From contig CAZUQX010000004.1 in assembly GCA_964623205.1 (NCBI GenBank), forward strand, positions 38,064-102,063: a stretch of 64,000 nt of DNA, given 5' to 3'. The stretch is from an uncultured Candidatus Bathyarchaeia archaeon (lineage in GTDB: Archaea; Thermoproteota; Bathyarchaeia; Bathyarchaeales; Bathyarchaeaceae). How positions within the stretch are numbered: the stretch's first letter is position 1; every line of letters starts with the position of its first letter. Shown one piece after another: positions 35,349 through 43,548 of the stretch. The translations under genes were made by a program, and so were the position numbers. Under the pieces are notes generated by a model. That model searched no databases and was not told the DNA's origin. It worked only from the letters and a program-made list of their open reading frames with translations.

Positions 35349-37614
35349 GTATCCTAGAAATATTACTAGAAGAATAAGCGCTTTGAGAATAAAGCGTCTT
35401 GCAGCCATTGGCTCACCAATCAAAATACCTGAAGTGTTGGTTAAACGATTAAAGCCGTTCGGACCCCATTTTCTAAAAGTATCAAAACCTATTCCAGGTA
35501 ATAGCAAGTCAGGTAAAAGAGCTGTTGAACATGCTTGGCAAGAACGGCCATACGAAGCTGACAGCGAAGAGTTACAGCAATGGGTTAGAGAAGGAAACAA
35601 TTACGGCGTTATGGCTGGTCAAGGGATTATAATCATTGATTTGGACAGAAAAAATTTAGCGGAGAAGCTTGAAGCGGAAATTGACACCTTCACAGTCCAA
35701 ACTGGCAGAGTCGGCGGCGAGGGAAGACATTATTATTTGCGAAGTGACGCCTCAGAAAACGGTTTGTTATTTGAGGACGGTGAAAACGTCGGCAACATTC
35801 AAGTTTTTAACAAGTTCGTGGTTGGTCCTAGATGTCACCATAATTCAGGAGGGGTATATCGAATAATAAAGGATGTTCCTTTAGCGTGGATATCAAAGCA
35901 ACAGTTAAAACAGATTTTCGGCGACAGCCTTAAATGGACTGGTGAAGTTCGAGAGCGAAACAGGGAAGAAGCTGAAGATGAGAAAATCCGAACAAATCTA
36001 GAAATACCAATGGCGTTGCTTGTGGATTTATCTGAAATGGAGTGTAAGGGAGATGAATACCAAGGCAGTCATCCGCTTCACGGCTCAACTACAGGGCAGA
36101 ATTTTTGCGTAAACATCAAGGAGAACGTGTGGCATTGTTTCCGATGCAACAGTGGGGGAGGTGGACTTATGTGGATAGCTGTTAAGCATGGGGTATTGGA
36201 GTGCCACGAAGCGCAGAAAGGGGCGTTGAGAGGGTTAAAATTTATTGAAGCCGTCAAATTTGCGCAAGAAGAAGGTTTCCAAATCAAGGTTCCAGACGAA
36301 GAGATCAGCCCAGACGTAGAACGGTTTTTTGAAGGAAAACCACCGAAGTTTGTAAGCGCCTACGTTGCTAAAGAGATAATGCAAGAAACCAATTTTCTAA
36401 CAGAAGGAGAAAGAGGCTTAATTTTCAGATACAACTCAAAGAAAGGCATCTACGAACCCGACGGCGAAGACTACATTATGGCACAGACAGCAAAGAAGCT
36501 GGGGAAACATTACAGCATAAGAAGAAAAGCGGAGATACAAAATTTCATCAGAGCATCCACCATCAGAGAGATACCTGAAACAAGCAAGTATCTATTAGCC
36601 GTCAAGAACGGCGTAATGGACGTCAGAACATTAGAATTAAAGCCTTTCAGCCCCGAATATTACATATTCAACGCTTTACCTGTAGTTTATGATCCTAAGG
36701 CGGAATGCCCACAATTCAACAAGTTTTTGCCTGAAGTTGTGCCTTCAGAAAAAGACAGGCTTGTATTACAGGAGCATGGTGGATATTGCCTATTGAAGGA
36801 CAACAGATTTCAAAAGGCTTTAATGTTAACTGGAAAGAAACAGAACGGCAAAAGCACGTTTCTTAATACGCTAACAGCGATGTTAGGAAAAGAAAACGTA
36901 AGTGCAATTCCGTTACAGATTCTCAGCGATAGCCGCTTCAGATTTTACGTTTCTCAACTACACAACAAAATGGCTAACATCTGCGCAGATTTGCCCGCTG
37001 AGAGATTGAAGGAAACAGACATGTTCAAGAAAATAGTTGCAGGCGACATGGTCACAGGAGAATTCAAGTTTCATCCCCCATTTGACTTTAAGCCCTACAC
37101 CAAACTGCTTTACTCAGCCAATCAGCTACCTGAATTGCCGAAGGACGTAGAAGCGTTTCTTGTAAGATGGAGCATGGTAGAGTTTCCAAACACCTTTCTG
37201 CCAGGCGATCCAAAAAGAGACCCGCAGTTAATAGAGAGATTGACTACGCCAGAAGAGTTAAGCGGCGTCCTCAACTGGTGCCTAGAAGGATTACAGAGGC
37301 TGCTAAAACAAAAAGGGTTCACGGTAGGCGACACATTAGAAGAACAGGAAGACCGCTGGATTGTGGAAGGAGACAGCGTCAAAGCCTTTTACGAGCGGTG
37401 TATCCAAGAGCACATAGGTGAACACGCAGAAAAAAGCAGAGTTTACGACGCTTACATCAAATTTTGCGAAAAGCACAAAGTAACGCCACTAACGCGCCGA
37501 AGGTTCACAAGAGAGTTCAGAGAGACAAGCAAAGCAGACAGCGGCAGCACATCCGACAAAGACGGAAAAACCATAAGAGTCTGGTGGCACATTCAGGTCA
37601 AGGATGAAGATTAG
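35329..37614 (+). CDS. Replication protein: N-terminal primase-polymerase, Zn-finger, D5_N/SF3 (P4-type) helicase
   Basis: NYGVMAGQGIIIIDLD...GRHYYL...VVGPRCHHNSGGVYRI (prim-pol); WHCFRCNSGG (Zn); Walker A GKKQNGKST with a D5-like context. Confidence 0.85.
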   Translation: MANIKRKYPRNITRRISALRIKRLAAIGSPIKIPEVLVKRLKPFGPHFLKVSKPIPGNSKSGKRAVEHAWQERPYEADSEELQQWVREGNNYGVMAGQGIIIIDLDRKNLAEKLEAEIDTFTVQTGRVGGEGRHYYLRSDASENGLLFEDGENVGNIQVFNKFVVGPRCHHNSGGVYRIIKDVPLAWISKQQLKQIFGDSLKWTGEVRERNREEAEDEKIRTNLEIPMALLVDLSEMECKGDEYQGSHPLHGSTTGQNFCVNIKENVWHCFRCNSGGGGLMWIAVKHGVLECHEAQKGALRGLKFIEAVKFAQEEGFQIKVPDEEISPDVERFFEGKPPKFVSAYVAKEIMQETNFLTEGERGLIFRYNSKKGIYEPDGEDYIMAQTAKKLGKHYSIRRKAEIQNFIRASTIREIPETSKYLLAVKNGVMDVRTLELKPFSPEYYIFNALPVVYDPKAECPQFNKFLPEVVPSEKDRLVLQEHGGYCLLKDNRFQKALMLTGKKQNGKSTFLNTLTAMLGKENVSAIPLQILSDSRFRFYVSQLHNKMANICADLPAERLKETDMFKKIVAGDMVTGEFKFHPPFDFKPYTKLLYSANQLPELPKDVEAFLVRWSMVEFPNTFLPGDPKRDPQLIERLTTPEELSGVLNWCLEGLQRLLKQKGFTVGDTLEEQEDRWIVEGDSVKAFYERCIQEHIGEHAEKSRVYDAYIKFCEKHKVTPLTRRRFTREFRETSKADSGSTSDKDGKTIRVWWHIQVKDED

Positions 37615-37837
37615 AAAGAGAAATTAGACAACGAAGAGACAACTTCCATATTTGCGCTTGTTACGTTTGTTACAGTTTCACTGTACTTCTTTCCTGTATT
37701 TTATAATCTCCCAATTTTTTTCGGGAAACAGATATAGAAAAACGTGTAACGTTTGCTTGGGATATGTATGGAGTAGCCCATCCAAGAGCTCAAAAATTCC
37801 TCCTTGACTTTCTCAATAACGGCGGCCTGAAAGACAT

Positions 37838-38869
37838 ATGATAAAACGACCTTTTCTGTGGTTTGCTCAAGTAATAAATGGAAAACCGCAACCATGGAAA
37901 CAATTTCCCTTGGAAGGACTAATGGTTAACGCCTATGAAATCCTGAAAAAAACAAAGGCAGATAGTGAAGTAAGAAGCCAAGGAATCCACAAATACATGG
38001 GATTTGATGGCCCAATAATGATGGATTCTGGAGGCTTTCAATTTATGAAAAAACAGGAACTAAATGTTGATCCAAAGGAGATTTTAAGATTATACCAAGT
38101 AAGCAAACCGGATTTTGGGATTGTTTTAGACCATCCTTTGGGTCCTAATCTCGACCATAAAGAAAAATTGGATAGGTGGTTAAGGACCCTGGCAAACACG
38201 CGGATAATGCTGGCTAATCATAACACGGATTCCACAGAATTGGTGCCAGTAATTCACGGTCATGAACTATCTAAAATTGAATGGTTCATAGAAGAGTTAG
38301 AAAAAATATCATCCTTCAATTATTTGGGAATAGGGAGTCTGGTTCCTTCAGTTTTTTCAACAAAAGGGGCTGGCGGTATTACAAATGTGGTTGAGATTGT
38401 AAATTTTGTGAAAAAGAAATTAGGGAACAGGAAAATTCACGTTTTTGGAGTTGGTAGTACTCTAACCATGCACCTTATGTTTTATGCAGGGGCGGATAGT
38501 GTTGATTCATCGGGGTGGAGAACAAAAGCCGCTTATGGTGCCATTCAACTTCCAGGAATAGGAGATAGATACGTCACATCAAGAACTAGGCACAAAAAGT
38601 ATCGAGATGTCTCGGAAGAAGATAAAGAAATTCTAGCTTCTTGCAGATGTCCAATATGTGAAAGTGAGGGTCTTGAGAAACTAAGAATTAGCTTTACCTC
38701 GAGAGCGATGCATAATGCTTGGGTTTACAATGAAGAAGTAAAGAAAGCCAGGGAATTGATTAGATTAGGAAAATATGAAGATTATGTGGAAGGCATAATT
38801 ACAAAAACGCCTTTCTCTTACGTTTTCAAGTTCGCCAAAGAACTTAATGAAAATCAGCCTTCCTCTTGA
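37838..38869 (+). CDS. dpdA: TGT-family TIM-barrel protein, DpdA-like (putative DNA 7-deazaguanine transglycosylase)
   Basis: MMDSGGFQF, GIGSLVP, HVFGVGS, VDSSGW, Zn motif CRCPIC...H. Only 343 aa, with no PUA or C-terminal tRNA-binding domains. Mobile-element context. Confidence 0.6.
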   Translation: MIKRPFLWFAQVINGKPQPWKQFPLEGLMVNAYEILKKTKADSEVRSQGIHKYMGFDGPIMMDSGGFQFMKKQELNVDPKEILRLYQVSKPDFGIVLDHPLGPNLDHKEKLDRWLRTLANTRIMLANHNTDSTELVPVIHGHELSKIEWFIEELEKISSFNYLGIGSLVPSVFSTKGAGGITNVVEIVNFVKKKLGNRKIHVFGVGSTLTMHLMFYAGADSVDSSGWRTKAAYGAIQLPGIGDRYVTSRTRHKKYRDVSEEDKEILASCRCPICESEGLEKLRISFTSRAMHNAWVYNEEVKKARELIRLGKYEDYVEGIITKTPFSYVFKFAKELNENQPSS

Positions 38870-38944
38870 GCATACATTTTTTTGTTTGCATTTAGCATGT
38901 TCAAAAGCTTTTTGAACCAAATGGGAGAATATGCTAAAAGCACT

Positions 38945-39003
38945 GGCGGGTAGGTGGTGCCTCCCACCCGTTCCGCCATATAAACCCCGGTGTAGGGAGG
39001 TGA
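38945..39003 (+). promoter_or_regulatory. Structured 5' leader of queT with potential SD-sequestering pseudoknot (riboswitch-like)
   Basis: Nested stems ggcgg/ccgcc (38945-49 / 38973-77) and ggtgg/ccacc (38953-57 / 38964-68). Loop-side cctccc (38960-65) is complementary to the SD gggagg (38995-39000). Confidence 0.35.
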
Positions 39004-39008
39004 AATGA

Positions 39009-39536
39009 TTGAAAACTAGTGAACTAAGTTTAGCAGTAGTCTTTTCTAGTTTGTATGCGGTTCTTCTCGTTGCTTTGGCTCCGATATCTTTTGGTCCTGT
39101 TCAACTGCGTGTTGCTGATTGCCTGATTCCATTAGCAGCTTTGTTTGGTTGGCCAGTTATTGCCGGTGTAACAGTTGGTTGCTTCTTGGGCAATGCATAC
39201 TTCTGGCTAGGTCCTCAGGATGTGGTCTTGGGAACAATCGCTAATCTAATTGCAGCAACCATCATTTTTGTGCTTAGAAACCGGCAATTCTTGGCTTGCG
39301 TCTTAGGTTCTCTTCCAATCGGAATCATCGTAGGAGGCTACCTTTGGATTTTCTTTCCCCCACCAGACATCTTCGGATTACAGTTGCCAATGTGGAGCGC
39401 CATGATCGTAAGCATCACAATTAGTACTTTGATAGCGGTTGCGGGAATAGGCTACGCGCTACTTAAAGCATTAAGCCAACAAAATTTGGTCAATACCTTC
39501 AAAACATTTGGACTAAAAATATACTCTCAGGACTGA
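39009..39536 (+). CDS. queT: QueT-family queuosine-precursor transporter
   Basis: TTG start 5 nt after GGAGGTGA. LYAVLLVALAPISFGPVQLRVADCLIPL and five or six TM helices fit the QueT pattern. Confidence 0.65.
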   Translation: MKTSELSLAVVFSSLYAVLLVALAPISFGPVQLRVADCLIPLAALFGWPVIAGVTVGCFLGNAYFWLGPQDVVLGTIANLIAATIIFVLRNRQFLACVLGSLPIGIIVGGYLWIFFPPPDIFGLQLPMWSAMIVSITISTLIAVAGIGYALLKALSQQNLVNTFKTFGLKIYSQD

Positions 39537-39842
39537 GCATGCGTGTATAAGGAGTTTACTCGCATCCACAAACTTCCCAGATTTTTTTCTTGTTTTATTA
39601 ACACCGTGCATTCTTTTTGAAAATGCGTGTAGGCTTTCTTTGATGACATTAGTTCTCTACTAAAATCTTCCCACTGAGGGGCACAGCAGTTACATGCCAG
39701 TCCTTTGTTAGCAATGGTGGCGGTTCTTCTTCTATGATATGGTAAAATATTGTTTATTGCCTCAAGCGATCCGACAGTACTTACAGCAATGCAAACTATT
39801 CAGAAGTCCTATACGGTTGGTTCTAAATAGAATTATTTAGAG

Positions 39843-40082
39843 TTGAATGGAATGGCCAAAAAGACCTATACAACAATTTACTTGGACAAACACGTAATCC
39901 GAAAATCCAAAGATTTAGGCTTGAACATCTCAAAGACTTGTGAAAACGCCTTAAAAGAAGCTATAAGACGCCTAGAAGGATCAAATCCTAAAACAACCTC
40001 TGGAAACTCGCACGCTGGCACTCCTGAACAAATAGTGGTGGACGGGGCGGGATTTGAACCCGCGGCTTCAGCGATGCCAACG
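39843..40082 (+). CDS. int: Integrase N-terminal fragment, Int(N), with RHH-like segment
   Basis: 80 codons ending exactly at the att end (…VDGAGFEPAASAMPT). KKTYTTIYLDKHVIRKSKDLGLNISKTCENALKEAIRRL is ribbon-helix-helix-like. Beyond att the frame runs into tRNA sequence. Confidence 0.7.
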
Positions 40083-40113
40083 CTGCGATCGTTCCAGGCT
40101 GATCTACCCGCCC
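40036..40113 (-). tRNA. tRNA-Ala (anticodon GGC), CCA encoded
   Basis: Manual cloverleaf: GGGCGGG-TA-GATC-AGCCTGGAAC-GATC-G-CAGCG-TTGGCAT-CGCTG-AAGCC-GCGGG-TTCAAAT-CCCGC-CCCGTCC-A-CCA. The G3:U70 alanine identity pair is present. Confidence 0.9.
40038..40082. repeat. attR: copy forming the 3' half of the intact tRNA-Ala
   Basis: 45/45 identity with 32436-32480. Flanks diverge immediately on both sides. Confidence 0.9.
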
Positions 40114-40137
40114 ACGACACTAACCCGACAAGAAACC

Positions 40138-40149
40138 ATTTAAGCATTA
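40138..40149 (-). promoter_or_regulatory. TATA-like box for tRNA-Ala
   Basis: The minus strand reads taatgCTTAAAT, about 25-35 nt upstream of the tRNA 5' end at 40113. Confidence 0.35.
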
Positions 40150-40175
40150 TGGGAAAACAAAAACCACCACTGAAA

Positions 40176-40188
40176 CTTAAATAAGAGA
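40176..40188 (+). promoter_or_regulatory. TATA-like box for tRNA-Val
   Basis: aCTTAAATAAgag, about 30 nt upstream of 40212. Same CTTAAAT core as the divergent tRNA-Ala promoter. Confidence 0.35.
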
Positions 40189-40211
40189 AAACCATCCTAA
40201 AAGAAACTGAA

Positions 40212-40288
40212 GGGCCGGTCGTCTAGTTGGTTAGGACATCTGCTTGACGTGCAGAAGGTCGCCGGTTCAAATCCGGTCCGGCCCACCA
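40212..40288 (+). tRNA. tRNA-Val (anticodon GAC), CCA encoded
   Basis: Manual cloverleaf: GGGCCGG-TC-GTCT-AGTTGGTTA-GGAC-A-TCTGC-TTGACGT-GCAGA-AGGTC-GCCGG-TTCAAAT-CCGGT-CCGGCCC-A-CCA. Confidence 0.9.
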
Positions 40289-40350
40289 CACAATTCTTAT
40301 GGAAAATCATTTACTCTCAAACCTCCAAATGTATAGCCTGTGATCCTGCG

Positions 40351-40557
40351 ATGTCGGGCATTGAAACCTCAAAAACACCAAAACAGGTGCATGCATGTGC
40401 ATCCTGCGTGAATACCGTTGTACAAACTTTTAGCCATTTTCAGGAACAGATTAGGACTTTGAAAAGCGAGAATGCAAATCTTCAGCAAGAAATCAGGGCT
40501 TTGGAAAAAGAGAATTCTAAACTAAAGAAAGAATCAACATCCCGAAAGAGTCGATAG
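40351..40557 (+). CDS. Hypothetical small coiled-coil protein
   Basis: Internal ATG of the 40249 ORF, chosen because the upstream part overlaps tRNA-Val. Heptad-like LKSENANLQQEIRALEKENSKLKKE. Confidence 0.25.
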   Translation: MSGIETSKTPKQVHACASCVNTVVQTFSHFQEQIRTLKSENANLQQEIRALEKENSKLKKESTSRKSR

Positions 40558-40608
40558 GCAACTTCCCAAGGTTGCGTTCTTCTTCTATACCAACATGTTA
40601 ATGCATAA

Positions 40609-41286
40609 TTAACGGTTCTTAGGCTTCAAGGAAGCCTCTTTGATTTTAATGAATAAACGATTGCCCTCTTTTTCTTTACTGAATTTCCAAATCTCAATAG
40701 CTTCTTTGAAGATTGGCCCATCGATGACCATGCTATGATATTCTCCCCTCTCACCACAAGGATCTATACCAAATTCTTTTGCTAATGCCTCCACCTCTTT
40801 GGCAGAAGTCGCATTAAGTTCCCGCCCCAGCCAATCTTCATTGAACCACGGTTCCTTCACGCAAGTGAAGATCGACCTGAACCCCGCTGACATTTCTTCA
40901 TTTAGAACTTTAAACGAGTCCTCACCCCAATAAGGCATGATCACAGAAATGTCTAACCCCTCGCATACTTTGTCCATCCAACGCCCAATAGCTTCATCAT
41001 AAACATAGAGGTCCCCAGTCACAATGCCCTCAACCGCTTCTTTCTCGATTAAACGGGAAATAGCTTCTCTGTAACTTTCTTTGTACGGCTCTTTAACCCT
41101 GACTTTCAGAAGAGGGATTCCCAATGCCTTAGACTGGAGATGCATAATGGAAAGGGGATGACAGAAAAGAGGCCATTTGTCCGAAACAAAAGCAACGAGA
41201 AAAGCGACATCATGACCTTCTGCTAACATCTTATGACATGTCAAAGATGATTCCATGCCCCCGCTCCAAGAAATGGCAACTTTCAT
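40609..41286 (-). CDS. PP-loop ATP pyrophosphatase, ATP_bind_4 / Dph6 (MJ0570)-like
   Basis: MKVAISWSGGMES (an SGGxDS-like PP-loop) and overall MJ0570-like layout. Start set at MKVAISW. Confidence 0.55.
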   Translation of the reverse strand: MKVAISWSGGMESSLTCHKMLAEGHDVAFLVAFVSDKWPLFCHPLSIMHLQSKALGIPLLKVRVKEPYKESYREAISRLIEKEAVEGIVTGDLYVYDEAIGRWMDKVCEGLDISVIMPYWGEDSFKVLNEEMSAGFRSIFTCVKEPWFNEDWLGRELNATSAKEVEALAKEFGIDPCGERGEYHSMVIDGPIFKEAIEIWKFSKEKEGNRLFIKIKEASLKPKNR

Positions 41287-41563
41287 ATCCAGAACTCCCA
41301 AACTTCGATTCAAACATTATTTAACGTTCTTGTTCAATTAGCACCCAATTAATGGACAATTCATATATAAACATTCCCATAATCGTGGGATTTTACTCAT
41401 GAAAAAAGGAAAAAAATGAATAAACATTCATGAACGTGCTGTAGGATAACAAACGGCATTAGAATACCACACTGACTATAAATGTTCACGCATACCCATC
41501 AACATTGATAGTTCAGAGGCGAAAATCATATTTTCCGCTTAATTAAATATACTTCGATTATAT

Positions 41564-41974
41564 TTGTCGGATATTAATGGCTCTCTCAAAGCGCTCAACG
41601 AAAAATTGGACTGGATAATTAATCGCCTCAACTATCTAGAGGCGGTCCTCACAGAGAGCCAACAGTACCCTGAAGTTGTCAGCTTTCTCCAAAGCCTAAA
41701 ACTGGGAACAGCCCTATACGGAGAACCACTAAAAACTCTCAATCGCATAGTATCCGCAAGCCATCTCATAAAATCCACTTCCCAAAGAGACGAAATAACC
41801 AAAATAATCCTCAACTACATAGCACTGAAAGGCCCCAAGAACATAAGCGAACTTACCCGAGAAATCAAACGTCAACGCGGAAAAGCGTCACGCACCACGA
41901 TCAGGAAAAGAGTTAAACAACTTGTCCAATCAAAAGCATTGGTGAAAGAAGGAAATCATTATCGTCTACCTTAA
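41564..41974 (+). CDS. Putative winged-helix DNA-binding protein
   Basis: C-terminal ILNYIALKGPKNISELTREIKRQRGKASRTTIRKRVKQLVQSKALVKEG resembles a wHTH. Confidence 0.4.
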   Translation: MSDINGSLKALNEKLDWIINRLNYLEAVLTESQQYPEVVSFLQSLKLGTALYGEPLKTLNRIVSASHLIKSTSQRDEITKIILNYIALKGPKNISELTREIKRQRGKASRTTIRKRVKQLVQSKALVKEGNHYRLP

Positions 41975-42049
41975 CCACCTAACTGGTCAGAATTGTCCAA
42001 TAGACCTAAACATGCTATCCAGTGTATAATCTATTTGAGGTGAAGAATA

Positions 42050-42334
42050 ATGAGTGAACATAAACATGACATGCCGAAACCAGAAGAAATCGCAGGTATC
42101 CTTGCAGCTGTATCAAAAGAAGTTCCAGGCCTTGTAAGAGGAATATTGGATGCTCTCTTCAGTCCCCAAGCCGCAGCGGACATGGGCAAAGCCGTTGCAA
42201 CCTTCTATAAAAGCCTCAAAGACGGCGGTATCCCAGAAGAACAGGCTCTATCGATGACCAAAGATTATCTTGGAACCCTGACAAAGTGGAGTGAAACCCT
42301 GAAAGGAATGAAAATTGGCAGTCACGAGGGCTAA
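42050..42334 (+). CDS. Hypothetical protein
   Basis: 94-aa ORF with a GAGGTGA SD upstream. Confidence 0.4.
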   Translation: MSEHKHDMPKPEEIAGILAAVSKEVPGLVRGILDALFSPQAAADMGKAVATFYKSLKDGGIPEEQALSMTKDYLGTLTKWSETLKGMKIGSHEG

Positions 42335-42337
42335 GCC

Positions 42338-42556
42338 ATGGGTGTAAAAGCCCTCATCATCGACATCCTCTATTTCTCCAGACTATGCGTTCAATCTTTA
42401 GGTTTAGTTACGCAAGCTATTGTGAAAAGGCGAAGAGCAAAATCCACCTTCAAAAAAACCCTGATGCGCCAAGGAATTCCTCCAAAAACCGCTCAAGAAC
42501 TCGCTGAAGCGTACCCCAATCCCATTAGTGAGATTCTAAGTCTTGTGAAAAAATAG
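42338..42556 (+). CDS. Hypothetical small protein
   Basis: 72-aa ORF starting 3 nt after the previous stop. Confidence 0.35.
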   Translation: MGVKALIIDILYFSRLCVQSLGLVTQAIVKRRRAKSTFKKTLMRQGIPPKTAQELAEAYPNPISEILSLVKK

Positions 42557-42615
42557 TACATATTCTCTATTGAGAACCTTTATCTTCCGATTCTTGATAA
42601 CAGATGTGACTTAAA

Positions 42616-43548
42616 ATGAGCAAAGAAGTTGTAATCGACGTTAATTCCCTAGTGAAAAAGTACGGTGACTTAGCAGCCGTTAACGGCGTCTCCTTCACGG
42701 TTAACCGAGGAGAAATCTTCTCTTTTGTAGGTCCAAACGGCGCAGGCAAAACAACAACTGTTGAGATACTTGTTTGTTTACGAGATTTGACATCGGGTAA
42801 CGCAAAAGTTTTAGGTTTTGATGTTTCTGACAGAAAGGGGCAACAGCAAATCAGAAAAAGAGTCGGCGTTTTGCCCCAAGATTTTAACACCTTTGACCTC
42901 TTAACGGTCAAAGAAAATCTCAATTATTACAAGAAAATGTACGATAGCGGAAGTGATATTGACGAGCTGATCAGGCTTGTTGACTTAGAGGACAAAGCCA
43001 AAACTTTATACAAGAACCTGTCTGGCGGCTTGAAGAAAAGATTGGCTATCGCAATAGCTTTAGTTAATGACCCAGAAGTTATTTTCCTTGACGAGCCAAC
43101 CACCGGCTTAGACCCAAAAGCAAGAAGAGATGTTTGGGATCTCGTTGAAGGGCTGCGGGAGCAAGAGAAAACAATCTTTTTGACGACCCATTACATGGAT
43201 GAAGCTGAGGTGCTTTCTGACAGGGTAGTTATAATCAGTTATGGAAAAATAATTGCTGATGGAACCCCCAGTGAACTGATCCTGCAGCATGGCGGAAAGA
43301 CCACTTTAATTGTTGAAGAAGGTGGAACAGAGGCTCATCAAGTTCTCAAAAGCAAGTTTCCTAAAGCAAAACTAGATAATGGTGACGTTTTAGTGCCACT
43401 CAACGGCAAGTCTGACCTGCCCGAAGCCGTAATGATGTTGAATGAGAAAAAAGCTGAGTATTCAGAGTTGATCGTGCGCAGACCAAATTTGGAAGATGTT
43501 TTCCTTAATCTTACAGGTAAGAAGATTGTGGATGGTGAGTTGCATTGA
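42616..43548 (+). CDS. ABC transporter ATP-binding protein (ABC-2/DrrA-like)
   Basis: Walker A GPNGAGKTT, signature LSGGLKKRL, Walker B IFLDEPTTGLD. Confidence 0.9.
   Translation: MSKEVVIDVNSLVKKYGDLAAVNGVSFTVNRGEIFSFVGPNGAGKTTTVEILVCLRDLTSGNAKVLGFDVSDRKGQQQIRKRVGVLPQDFNTFDLLTVKENLNYYKKMYDSGSDIDELIRLVDLEDKAKTLYKNLSGGLKKRLAIAIALVNDPEVIFLDEPTTGLDPKARRDVWDLVEGLREQEKTIFLTTHYMDEAEVLSDRVVIISYGKIIADGTPSELILQHGGKTTLIVEEGGTEAHQVLKSKFPKAKLDNGDVLVPLNGKSDLPEAVMMLNEKKAEYSELIVRRPNLEDVFLNLTGKKIVDGELH

Larger units (their letters stand above)
32436..40082. mobile_element. Integrated plasmid/provirus-like element (7.6 kb) in tRNA-Ala(GGC), SSV-type (integrase-partitioning) integration
   Basis: Bounded by perfect 45-bp direct repeats. 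The integrase ORF is split across the two att copies. Cargo includes a primpol-SF3 helicase gene. Confidence 0.85.

Noticed and set aside
39878-40195. 105-aa minus-strand ORF
   Set aside because: It runs through the tRNA-Ala gene and antisense to Int(N). The tRNA cloverleaf explains the sequence.
40249-40350. N-terminal part of the 102-aa ORF after attR
   Set aside because: It overlaps the tRNA-Val gene. Only the part from the internal ATG (40351) is kept, at low confidence.
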